A stretch of DNA of 64,000 nucleotides, taken from the IMG/VR virus record IMGVR_UViG_3300034062_007046, positions 1-64,000 of that record; one strand, written 5' to 3'. Position 1 is the stretch's first letter. Each line of letters starts with the position of its first letter. The DNA comes from a virus. This document shows, one piece after another, positions 50,352 through 59,576 of this stretch. Position numbers and translations under genes: made by a program. The notes beneath the pieces are model-generated. The model saw only the letters and a list, made by a program, of their open reading frames with translations, searched no databases and was not told the origin of the DNA.

Positions 50352-51455
50352 ATGAGTTTAGAATTAAATTGGTCATGCTCTGGTAGCGTTTCTGGCGAGA
50401 TGGTGAACGTCGTGAACCCACGCGCCTCTACCTCTGCTGACGCAGTTAATGGTCCAGCATGGAATTTGTGGTGGATGAAGGAACGTATGAAAGAAGTCGG
50501 TTGGACTGTTGTTAGTTCATCAGATTCACAAAGCACAGGCTCCAGTGATTTGTGGGGTAGCACATTTGATGCTACATTAAGAAGTAGCAAAAATAGCAAA
50601 GTCTTTTATCATGCTACTGGCGCTCCCCATTCATGGATAGTTCTTCAAGCCCCATCTGGTTCTGCTTCGGATTATTATTTTATTATTGATTATACGTCAG
50701 CTGATGTTATTTCTAATAAAGCGCAATTTACGGTCACCAAAGGTCCAATTGGTGGCGGTACAACGTCTACACGACCAACTGGTTCTGCGGATTTCGGCAT
50801 TAACTCAAACGCAAATGCTGGTGCGCCAACACTGATTATTTTTGATAATTATACAAGCACAACAGCCCAACACAGAGTTAATTTTCAATATACAAGCGAT
50901 GGGGCTTTTATGTTTTCTGAAGTACAAGTTGGTAAAGGAAAATTTACAAACTTTTTATCATTCCTGCCATTACAAAATACTCATGCGGCGGATCAATTTA
51001 AGTGGGTGTTAGTAGGATTAGACATTTATGCTGGTGCTGATGGCGGAAGTGCTTTTTACAATTTTGGTATTACTGGTCAGCCACTTTACACAGAAGGGTC
51101 TAACGCTATTTCAGGACGATCACATGATGGCGCAACCGCGCTTAATTTAGCTGGTGCCATTCCAGCCGTAATCCCAGAAGGCGGCTCAATAGGCACTGGT
51201 ATTTTATTTAATAGCGTTTTAACAGCACCAAACGCCTCTGATGCTACATATAGTGATTTTCCAATAACGGTTGTCAACGTCGCAAATGGTCCAGTTGAAT
51301 TAAAAGGCAGACTACCAGACATTACTTGGACAAGCGTTTCCATTCCAAACGGAGCAGTAACGCCTGTTAAATCCGTTGCTGCTGACACTTACGAAAGAAC
51401 AAAGTATTTAATGATGTGGTTGCCTTGGACATCAGTAGACGCTCCAATTCTATAG
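50352..51455 (+). CDS. Virion surface/fibre-tip protein
   Basis: GWTVVSSSD, HSWIVL and ELKGRLPDI.W segments; Gly/Ser/Thr-rich; GGAG RBS. Confidence 0.55.
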   Translation: MSLELNWSCSGSVSGEMVNVVNPRASTSADAVNGPAWNLWWMKERMKEVGWTVVSSSDSQSTGSSDLWGSTFDATLRSSKNSKVFYHATGAPHSWIVLQAPSGSASDYYFIIDYTSADVISNKAQFTVTKGPIGGGTTSTRPTGSADFGINSNANAGAPTLIIFDNYTSTTAQHRVNFQYTSDGAFMFSEVQVGKGKFTNFLSFLPLQNTHAADQFKWVLVGLDIYAGADGGSAFYNFGITGQPLYTEGSNAISGRSHDGATALNLAGAIPAVIPEGGSIGTGILFNSVLTAPNASDATYSDFPITVVNVANGPVELKGRLPDITWTSVSIPNGAVTPVKSVAADTYERTKYLMMWLPWTSVDAPIL

Positions 51456-51463
51456 GATAAAGT

Positions 51464-51841
51464 ATGTCAGCTACAGAAATTACAACATTTAATGATTTAA
51501 GCATTTCTACCAATAATAGAAATTTTATTATTGAATCGCTAAATGATAACTCTGTAGCAACAATAAATTTTTCTAATAAAACATATTCTTTGGAAGAAGA
51601 TAAATTTTTATTAGATAGTAAAGAGTTTGCGAATCATAACTATAGATTAGAAAGCAAATTTTTTGCTACTATGCAATTTAGTGCCCCAGCTGCGAATAAT
51701 CTACGATATAATATGCGTGCAAGAAAAGTTTCTGATAATACTTTTATTTATTGGAGAACAACAGCAGTAGATTCAAGCGGCGCAGAGAGTGGGTTTAATG
51801 TTAATGAAATTTATGATATCTGTGTGTTAGGCTATAACTAA
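51464..51841 (+). CDS. Hypothetical fibre-module protein
   Basis: AGGA RBS; tight packing between fibre genes. Confidence 0.6.
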   Translation: MSATEITTFNDLSISTNNRNFIIESLNDNSVATINFSNKTYSLEEDKFLLDSKEFANHNYRLESKFFATMQFSAPAANNLRYNMRARKVSDNTFIYWRTTAVDSSGAESGFNVNEIYDICVLGYN

Positions 51842-51852
51842 AAGGGAATAAA

Positions 51853-54210
51853 ATGGCAAGAAAAATAAAAATACTAACCGATGTTGACGGAAAGCAAGAT
51901 TTAGCAGTTAGCGGAGCATTAACTGTAAAGGCTGATTCTACTTTCGTTATTCCTTCTATTTCAACATCGTCTGATGGTTTTTATTCCTTAAACAATGCTA
52001 TACACAAGATAGATCAATCCTTACAAGAAGTTAACGCAAGAGTTGTTAGCTCTGTAGGAAACGTCCTTGGGCAATATAACGCAAGCCGTTACGTCTTTAG
52101 CGGCTACTTTAGTGAATCTGGTTCAGCTACTATAAATTTAACAAGAGGTTCACCATCAGGTTCTGTGTATTTTACAGAAAGCGAGATTGGTAATTTATCA
52201 GTAAATATCTTAACCGATTTTGATGGCGATGGTATTTTTACTAATAATCTTGTCCCATTTCAATTACGCCCAGCAAGCGGAGATTTATTTTTAGATATTA
52301 GTGCGCCAAGCGCTCCATATGTAATGTATAAGGCGACTGTTACAAACGATTCAGCGATTGTAGACATCCCAGCTCAAAATGATGTTTATTTAGTTCAAAA
52401 CTCTGGGTCTTCCACCGTTGACGCGCAGACAGTTCTTTTAGATTCGACAAAGCTTTATAATAAAAATATTAGAAATTTTTATGTTTCCCCAACTGGCTCC
52501 GATGATAACGATGGACTTACTTTAACAAGCTCATTTGCCACAATTCAAAAAGCAGTAGACTCTATCCCTACCTATAATAACGCAGCAGCAACAAGAGTGC
52601 AGTATCATACTATTGTAAATATTGCAAGCGGGACGTACAACGAAAAAATAAATATTTTAAATAAAGGATATTCTGGTAATGACAGCAACCTTTTAGTTTT
52701 ATTTAAAGGAGCGACACAAGCAGTTTACGAGAATCTATCGCCTATTTCGCAAACTTCAACAGATGCTGATTCTGGGGATACAAACGGTTTCAGATCTCTT
52801 TTGCTAAATTTTTCAAGCCCACCAGCTAATAATTCACTTAAAGGTTTCTATATCAACAGAAGAACAAATCCTTTTACTTCTGATATATTAATAACTGGTA
52901 ATTCGGGCAGCACAATACATACAAATAATACAACCTACTCGTCTTATTTTGGTTATAGCGACTATTATATTATCAGGAACGTCAGCACAGTAAACGGCTA
53001 CTTTAGATCTGCTGGTAATCAAGGTGTTATAAGTTTTAAGAATATTAATTTAAATGTACCATTAAATGATGGCGGTGGCACTGACACTTACTTCTTTTCT
53101 TCTGTTTATCATCCAGTAGGCGTTGTTGATGAAAACAATTCGGGTCAAATAGCTGGCACTGGTCTACAGGCAAGGTACGGCTCATATTCTAACGATGAGA
53201 TCCGTATATCTTCCTGTAACATAATTAATCTTGTTCAACCAACTGGTAGTTCTGCTGCGAGATTAGTTTTAGGTCCAAAAACATATTTAGCGTATGTTTA
53301 TTTTTCAAGCTTGTATCCGAGTGCTTCTATTTATTCTTCATATAGTCAAGTAGATTCATTTAATGCAGTAGCATGCTATTTTGAAAATATTGGTTTAAAT
53401 TTTACAAGCGTACCTCTTATAGATCTACGTAGCTCTTTTACAAACAATTGTTCCTTGACTTTTACATCTTGCGACAGCGTAACGCTACCAAGAAAAATGA
53501 TAAGCAATAAAGCATCAGGCGATAGAGTTTCACTATATAGTTCAGTGGTTGGGTCGAATCCAAACGATTCAGTTTACTATAAAAGCATTGGTTTCGATGG
53601 CTACAATCAGTCATTTTTAAATTTAGTTTCACCAATGACAGCACATGGACCATTTTTTAGATTTATAAATGCGACAAATAATACCTTCATAGAATTTGGA
53701 GCGGTTAGTTCGACTTCTTCTCTATCTGGCACAAGCAATTCCGATTATCTAATGTTGTTAAATGGTAAATGTAACCTAAATATTAACTCTGTATTAGATT
53801 TAAGAAATGTTTATAGCGCAATTACAACGCCTTTTATTGCTTCTTTTAAAAGCGACATTAGAATATCTTACTATAATCCTTTATTCGCTGCTTCTGGTAG
53901 CGCAAATTACAGATCAAATGGTGATTTTCGAGCAGATGACAAAAATTATTTTTATTCTGAATTGCCTATTATTACTGCTGAAACAACAAAAGTAGATAAT
54001 CGTTTAAATATAGCAAATACTAAAATGGATTATCAATATCCAATTGAAACAAACAAAAATATTACTTTAACTGGGTCTGCACAATTGATAAGCTCTTTGG
54101 TAAAATTAACTCCATATACAACGTTACCCGCTGGTTCGTTAGGGTTAATGGCTGTAAGCGGCACAACGTTGTATTTCCATAATGGTACAAGCTGGACAGC
54201 TATAACATAA
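51853..54210 (+). CDS. Receptor-binding fibre/spike with beta-helix (pectin lyase-like) region
   Basis: KIKILTDV N-peptide, shared domain, then FYVSPTGSDDNDG..FATIQKAVD..VNIASGTYNE beta-helix cap; ends LYFHNGTSW. Confidence 0.72.
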   Translation: MARKIKILTDVDGKQDLAVSGALTVKADSTFVIPSISTSSDGFYSLNNAIHKIDQSLQEVNARVVSSVGNVLGQYNASRYVFSGYFSESGSATINLTRGSPSGSVYFTESEIGNLSVNILTDFDGDGIFTNNLVPFQLRPASGDLFLDISAPSAPYVMYKATVTNDSAIVDIPAQNDVYLVQNSGSSTVDAQTVLLDSTKLYNKNIRNFYVSPTGSDDNDGLTLTSSFATIQKAVDSIPTYNNAAATRVQYHTIVNIASGTYNEKINILNKGYSGNDSNLLVLFKGATQAVYENLSPISQTSTDADSGDTNGFRSLLLNFSSPPANNSLKGFYINRRTNPFTSDILITGNSGSTIHTNNTTYSSYFGYSDYYIIRNVSTVNGYFRSAGNQGVISFKNINLNVPLNDGGGTDTYFFSSVYHPVGVVDENNSGQIAGTGLQARYGSYSNDEIRISSCNIINLVQPTGSSAARLVLGPKTYLAYVYFSSLYPSASIYSSYSQVDSFNAVACYFENIGLNFTSVPLIDLRSSFTNNCSLTFTSCDSVTLPRKMISNKASGDRVSLYSSVVGSNPNDSVYYKSIGFDGYNQSFLNLVSPMTAHGPFFRFINATNNTFIEFGAVSSTSSLSGTSNSDYLMLLNGKCNLNINSVLDLRNVYSAITTPFIASFKSDIRISYYNPLFAASGSANYRSNGDFRADDKNYFYSELPIITAETTKVDNRLNIANTKMDYQYPIETNKNITLTGSAQLISSLVKLTPYTTLPAGSLGLMAVSGTTLYFHNGTSWTAIT

Positions 54211-54219
54211 AGGCTTTTT

Positions 54220-54744
54220 ATGATATTAGGATTAGATATAAGTACATCAATAACTGGGTTCACTGTTCTTACAGAAGATGGTCATATTTTACATAATGAA
54301 ATGATTGATCTAAGAAAATTAGATTCAATGTTCAAAAAAGCCCAGACTGTAAAGGAACGCTTAATAGAGATAAAAAATTTATATAACATTAAAGACGTTT
54401 ATATTGAGCAATCCCTTAACGCATTTCGACCAGGTTTAAGTAGCGCACAAGTCATCTTGACGCTCGGTAAATTTAATGGTATAGTTAGTTGGATATGTTG
54501 CGAAATTTTTAAAAAAGAGCCTGAATACATCGGAGCGTCTTCTGCCCGTAAAAAACTTGATATTAAAGTTGAAAAAGGCGAAAATGCAAAAGAAGTGGTA
54601 CTGAAGAAAATTTTAGAGCTTGAACCCAAATTTAAAGTAGAGTATACTGCTCATGGTAATCCAAAGCCCGGTACATATGACCGTGCAGATAGTTATGTGA
54701 TTGCAAAGGCTGGCTATATTCTATGTCAGAAACAAAAAAGTTAA
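54220..54744 (+). CDS. RuvC-like Holliday junction resolvase
   Basis: ILGLDIS...TG, VYIEQ and D..DS..IA RNase H-fold acidic motifs. Confidence 0.8.
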   Translation: MILGLDISTSITGFTVLTEDGHILHNEMIDLRKLDSMFKKAQTVKERLIEIKNLYNIKDVYIEQSLNAFRPGLSSAQVILTLGKFNGIVSWICCEIFKKEPEYIGASSARKKLDIKVEKGENAKEVVLKKILELEPKFKVEYTAHGNPKPGTYDRADSYVIAKAGYILCQKQKS

Positions 54745-55667
54745 ATATCTTAAAAGAAATATTAGGCGATTACAATCGCGTTGGGAATGAGCATCTTTTC
54801 TTTTGTCCAAAGTGTAAACACCATAAGAAAAAACTTAGCATCAATCTATCAAAAGATAAGTTTAAATGTTGGGTATGTGATTGGAATGGCTCTACTATCC
54901 GCAGAATTGTCATTCGCTATGGCAGTTTTAGCCATAATCGCAATTGGAATGAACTTCACGGAATTGTTGAAATATCAGATTACGATAAAATTTTCGATGC
55001 ACCAGATACAACAGAAGAAAAAACAATACTTCCAGAACTTCCACCAGAGTTTCAAACGCTTTGTAATCGGGATCAATCGCTAACTTCGCTACCAGTGCGT
55101 AGATATTTGCGTGAACGTGGTATTTCGCAGCAAGATATCATGTTTTGGAAGATGGGATATGCAGTTTCTGGAGAATATGAAAATCGCGTCATCATTCCAT
55201 CCTTCAATAATGAAGGCAAAATCAATTATTACGTCGGCAGACGTTATGACGGCGGCGGCTGGTCGAAGTATAAAAACCCCGATGTAAGCAAAGATCTGGT
55301 ATTTAATGAACTTTATGTTGATTGGAGCAGCGATGTTACAATCGTAGAAGGTGTTTTTGACGCAATTAAAGCGCGTAATGCTATTCCAATCCTTGGATCT
55401 ACGATGCGTGAAAGCTCAAAGCTGTTCAGAGATATCATAAAGCACGACCCAGCGATCTATATTGCATTAGACCCAGACGCCGAAAAGAAAGCAGAACGTT
55501 TGATTCTTGATTTACTGCAATACGATGCAGAAATTTACAAAGTTCCAATACCATATGGTATGGATGTTGGAGATATGTCACACGAACAATTCTTGGAATG
55601 CAAACGGAACGCTAAACTAATTAATGGAAAAGATTATTTTCTCTTAAATAAGTTGGTAAACCTATGA
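54723..55667 (+). CDS. DNA primase (DnaG/gp61-like)
   Basis: CPxC...CWxC zinc finger, YLRERG, RVIIP, KYKNP, and VEGVFDA plus LDPDA TOPRIM motifs. Confidence 0.88.
   Translation: MSETKKLNILKEILGDYNRVGNEHLFFCPKCKHHKKKLSINLSKDKFKCWVCDWNGSTIRRIVIRYGSFSHNRNWNELHGIVEISDYDKIFDAPDTTEEKTILPELPPEFQTLCNRDQSLTSLPVRRYLRERGISQQDIMFWKMGYAVSGEYENRVIIPSFNNEGKINYYVGRRYDGGGWSKYKNPDVSKDLVFNELYVDWSSDVTIVEGVFDAIKARNAIPILGSTMRESSKLFRDIIKHDPAIYIALDPDAEKKAERLILDLLQYDAEIYKVPIPYGMDVGDMSHEQFLECKRNAKLINGKDYFLLNKLVNL
55616..55623 (+). promoter_or_regulatory. Candidate late promoter ACTAATTA inside the primase 3' end
   Basis: About 40 nt upstream of the 55664 start. Confidence 0.35.
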
Positions 55668-56110
55668 AAATCAAAACAAGTTTTATAAAACAGTTAATAA
55701 AAGAAGAAGTAAGAAAAGTTCTTTATGGTGATCCTATTAAACAAAAAGTTATTCACTTATTCGTAAAAGCAAGAGATGGCATGGATGATCCTGCTAATAA
55801 ACAAGATTTTATACAGGATTTAATTCAATCTCTTGAAATGATTGGAGTTACGCCAAATAAGGCTATTGATCTGTTATCTCCAGAAGAGATAGATCAAAAT
55901 TTTTATATTCGTTGCAATGAGATTCACAATGAAATTGTAAAAATAACTGGTGGTAAGAAAAGAAATATAAATGCATTTGCCCACTTTCCAAGGATAGATC
56001 ACGATCCAAATATTGATCAAGATCCAGATTTTATGCGTAAGCCAAAAAATGCTGCCGCTTATGATCAGCTGGACACAAGAAAGCACACAAAGAATTTAAT
56101 ACAGCCGTAG
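55664..56110 (+). CDS. Hypothetical protein with IKQLIKEE N-terminal motif (possible internal head protein)
   Basis: MKIKTSFIKQLIKEEV N-terminus. Confidence 0.5.
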   Translation: MKIKTSFIKQLIKEEVRKVLYGDPIKQKVIHLFVKARDGMDDPANKQDFIQDLIQSLEMIGVTPNKAIDLLSPEEIDQNFYIRCNEIHNEIVKITGGKKRNINAFAHFPRIDHDPNIDQDPDFMRKPKNAAAYDQLDTRKHTKNLIQP

Positions 56111-56136
56111 ACAAGAATATATACTTGTTGTATACT
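56108..56136 (+). promoter_or_regulatory. Sigma70-type promoter (-35 TAGACA, 17 bp, -10 TATACT) with internal palindrome
   Basis: Exact 17-bp spacing; near-perfect palindrome ACAAGAATATATACTTGT at 56111-56128. Confidence 0.6.
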
Positions 56137-56137
56137 G

Positions 56138-56168
56138 GTCCCGTTAGTGTCCCTAACGGGACTTTTTT
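56138..56168 (+). terminator. Rho-independent terminator
   Basis: GTCCCGTTAG-TGTCC-CTAACGGGAC perfect 10-bp stem plus TTTTTT. Confidence 0.9.
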
Positions 56169-56179
56169 ATGAGGCATAA

Positions 56180-59100
56180 ATGAAAATTGCTCACATAGCA
56201 GATACGCACATCAAAAATCTTAAATATCACGATGAATATCGTGAAGTTTTCAGTAAAATGTACGACATTCTACGCTCCGAAGGAGTAGATTATATCGTTC
56301 ATTGTGGCGATATTGCCCACACAAAGACGCAAATTTCACCAGAATTTGTTGAAATGGCTGGTGATTTCTTCAAAAATCTTGCCTCTATTGCCCCAACCTA
56401 TATTATTCTCGGTAACCATGATGGCAACCTACGAAACGATAGCCGTCAAGATGCAATTACACCCATTGTAAAAGCTCTAAATTTACAAAATCTTTACCTT
56501 TTAAAAGATGCTGGCGAGATTTCTGTAAATGATCGGCTTTCTTTTAACGTTATGAGCGTATTTGACGAGAAAAATTGGGTCAAACCAAGCGATCCAAACA
56601 AGATTAACGTTGCTCTTTTCCACGGATCTGTTGCTGGTGTTCAAACAGACATTGGTTATGTCATGGAACACGGAGATTATTCTGTAGATATCTTTGCTGG
56701 ACACGATTTTGCGATGCTTGGCGACATTCACAAAACCAATCAAGTGTTGGATTTGGAAGGAAGAGTAAGATATCCTGGTTCTACCGTGCAGCAAAACTTC
56801 GGCGAAACAGACGATAAGGGTTTTTTGATCTGGAATATTGAAACCAAGGACAAGTTTAGCTGCAAGCACTACGCAATTTCAAATCCACGCCCCTTTTTTA
56901 CTATTACTCTTGATGACAGTGGACAAATTCCAGATGTTTCTGTGAAAAATGGCGCACGTATCCGTATTGTTGCTGATAAAAGCGTGTCGTTAGATAAGAT
57001 CAAGAAGGCTACAGAAGTCGTTAAGAGCAAATACAGCCCCGAAAGCGTTACATTCGTTAACAAAGCTACAGCAAGCGCCAGCGACCATGAATTAGTATCA
57101 AATGTTGTGACGCATAGCGAGAACTTACGTGATCTTTCTGTCCAAGAGAAGCTGATTCGTAATTATCTAAAGGATTTCAAAGCCGAAGATGTTGTTTTGG
57201 ACAAAGTTGTTGCTCTAAACAAGAAGTTTTCTTCATATCTTGAAGAGAACGAAGAAGTTTTGCGTAATGTTAATTGGAAGCTAAAGACTCTTGAATGGGA
57301 TAATCTGTTCAATTATGGCGAAGGCAACAAGATTAACTTTGAAAATCTGGAGGGGATTGTCGGTATCTTTGGAAAAAACTATAGCGGCAAAAGCTCAGTG
57401 ATTGATTCACTGCTATACACGGTTTATAATACAACATCAAAGAACAATCGTAAGAATATTAACGTTATTAATCAAAATCGTGATAAAGGCGCTGGTAAAG
57501 TAGAGGTTGAAATTGACGACGAGCTTTATACGATCAAAAGAACATCAGAAAAATATACAAAAAAGCTTAAAGGCGTAGCAACCACAGAGGCAAAGACTGA
57601 CGTAGAGTTTACCACAAGCGGTGAATCACTAAATGGTCTTGCTCGTAACGACACGGACAAGAATATTCGTCGTTTTTTTGGAACAATTGATGACTTTTTC
57701 TTGACTTCTATGGCAAGTCAATTTGGTTATTTATCATTTATTGGTGAAGGTTCTACAAAACGTAAAGAAATCCTGGCAAAGTTTCTTGATCTTGAGAATT
57801 TTGAGAAGAAATACAAGCTTGCAAAAGAAGAATCATCAGAAGTTAAGAGCCTCTTGAAGAAACTTGAAGGCAATGATTATGATAGAGATATTGCAACAGC
57901 TGAATTAGAGGTTGTTGCAGCAGATAATCTTCTAAAGCAAAAGTCCGATGAAGCCGAAAGCATCAAACTTTCTATTGATAGCTTGAATGAAAAGCTTTGT
58001 ACGCTAAATAAATCGTTAAATAGCATCCCCACTGAAATTATTGACTATAATGCAGAGTCTTTAAGGGCTGTCCAAATCGAAATGGATATTGGACACCACC
58101 TTGAAGCAAATCAGCAGATGCAAATAGAAAACGATAGTGCTAAAAACGCTATTAAAAAAGCAGATGAGCTGCTTTCAGCGATTAATTCAACTGATATTAC
58201 CAGGGATCAAGAAGAATTGGAGAGATTGAACGCAAAGATTCTTCCATTAGAGAAAGAAATTTCATCTATTTCAGCTCAATTAAGTGGCGCAAAGCATAAA
58301 TTAGAACTTTTAGATAGTGTTCCATGCGGAGATTCATTCCCAAGCTGCAAATTCATTAAGGATGCGTTCGGATCTAAGAAGTTATATCCAGAACTAAAGA
58401 AAAAATCAGATGATAAAAGTGAAGAACTAACAGAATTAAGCAAGAAATATGATGAACTTGACGAACAAGTCGCTGACTTGTTTAACAAAAAGACTAAAAT
58501 TACCCAAAAAAGATTAGAGATTGAGAAAAAATTAACCTCAAACGAGCTAAAAATTGAAAAAAATAATGTTGCTATTGAAAAAAAGACAAAAGAGCTTGAA
58601 GATCTTAAAAGAAAACTCGAAAACTATGCTAATAACAGAGAAGCTATTGAAAACTGCCAATTATTATTCAACAATCGTGAAATTTGTCGCTTTCAACTTG
58701 GTTCTTCAACAAAAGATCTCAAGCGATGTGAAGCAGAAATCATCGAAGCTCATAGAAAAAATGGTTCAGCAACAGAAAGAGTGGAGATCTTAAAGAAGCA
58801 AAAGGCTGATCTTGAAAATTTGCGTAAGGAATACGCCGCATACGATCTTTTTCAAGCTTGTATGCATCCAAGCGGCATTTCTTATGAGATTATCAAGCAA
58901 AAGCTACCAGAGATCAATGCAGAAATTGCTAAAATTCTAACAAATATTGTAGAATTTGGCGTTTATCTTGAGAATGATGATGATAAATTGGATATTTTTA
59001 TCAAACATCCTAAATACGATGCACGCCCATTAGAAATGGGCAGCGGTGCAGAAAAAACAATCGCATCAACAGCAATAAGATTAGCACTTTTGAATGTAAC

Positions 59101-59311
59101 AACGCTTCCAAAAGGTGATATCTTCATCTTAGATGAACCTGGGACTGCGTTAGACGAAGAAAATATGGATGGCTTTGTACGTATCTTAGAACTAATTAAG
59201 ACATATTTCAAAACTGTCATACTTATTTCACATTTAGACAGTTTAAAAGACTGTGTTGATATGCAAATTTCAATTGAAAAGATAAATGGATACGCGCATA
59301 TTGACCAATGA
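56180..59311 (+). CDS. Fused SbcD/Mre11 (gp47-like) nuclease and SbcC/Rad50 (gp46-like) ATPase
   Basis: DTH, GD, GNHD, FHG and GDIH metallophosphoesterase motifs; Walker A GKNYSGKSS, coiled coil, Walker B ILDEP and ISH H-loop. Confidence 0.92.
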   Translation: MKIAHIADTHIKNLKYHDEYREVFSKMYDILRSEGVDYIVHCGDIAHTKTQISPEFVEMAGDFFKNLASIAPTYIILGNHDGNLRNDSRQDAITPIVKALNLQNLYLLKDAGEISVNDRLSFNVMSVFDEKNWVKPSDPNKINVALFHGSVAGVQTDIGYVMEHGDYSVDIFAGHDFAMLGDIHKTNQVLDLEGRVRYPGSTVQQNFGETDDKGFLIWNIETKDKFSCKHYAISNPRPFFTITLDDSGQIPDVSVKNGARIRIVADKSVSLDKIKKATEVVKSKYSPESVTFVNKATASASDHELVSNVVTHSENLRDLSVQEKLIRNYLKDFKAEDVVLDKVVALNKKFSSYLEENEEVLRNVNWKLKTLEWDNLFNYGEGNKINFENLEGIVGIFGKNYSGKSSVIDSLLYTVYNTTSKNNRKNINVINQNRDKGAGKVEVEIDDELYTIKRTSEKYTKKLKGVATTEAKTDVEFTTSGESLNGLARNDTDKNIRRFFGTIDDFFLTSMASQFGYLSFIGEGSTKRKEILAKFLDLENFEKKYKLAKEESSEVKSLLKKLEGNDYDRDIATAELEVVAADNLLKQKSDEAESIKLSIDSLNEKLCTLNKSLNSIPTEIIDYNAESLRAVQIEMDIGHHLEANQQMQIENDSAKNAIKKADELLSAINSTDITRDQEELERLNAKILPLEKEISSISAQLSGAKHKLELLDSVPCGDSFPSCKFIKDAFGSKKLYPELKKKSDDKSEELTELSKKYDELDEQVADLFNKKTKITQKRLEIEKKLTSNELKIEKNNVAIEKKTKELEDLKRKLENYANNREAIENCQLLFNNREICRFQLGSSTKDLKRCEAEIIEAHRKNGSATERVEILKKQKADLENLRKEYAAYDLFQACMHPSGISYEIIKQKLPEINAEIAKILTNIVEFGVYLENDDDKLDIFIKHPKYDARPLEMGSGAEKTIASTAIRLALLNVTTLPKGDIFILDEPGTALDEENMDGFVRILELIKTYFKTVILISHLDSLKDCVDMQISIEKINGYAHIDQ

Positions 59312-59321
59312 GGAAAATTAC

Positions 59322-59567
59322 ATGGGGATAATAGAAGATATGAAAAAAGAAGTAAAAAAAGAATTAAAAGAACAAGAGAATGATCGTGGATTATTAGATA
59401 TAATCACAGCAAAGGCTATTTCAAGAAAACTTTTAGTATGGATTACGGCTTCTGTATTTTTAGGTCTTGGAAAAATCACTCCCGATGAGTGGACGGCTAT
59501 ATCTTTAGGATACGTAGGAGTCGAAGGGTTTGCTGACTTAGCTTCTAAGTGGAAATTTGGTAAATAG
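59322..59567 (+). CDS. Holin-like small membrane protein
   Basis: SRKLLVW followed by two hydrophobic segments; ATG at 59322 after GAGGA RBS. Confidence 0.5.
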   Translation: MGIIEDMKKEVKKELKEQENDRGLLDIITAKAISRKLLVWITASVFLGLGKITPDEWTAISLGYVGVEGFADLASKWKFGK

Positions 59568-59576
59568 GAAAAAATA

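Noticed and set aside
56111-56128. LexA (SOS) box
   Set aside because: AT-alternating core, but the arms are ACAAG/CTTGT rather than CTGT-N8-ACAG; kept only as an unassigned palindrome.
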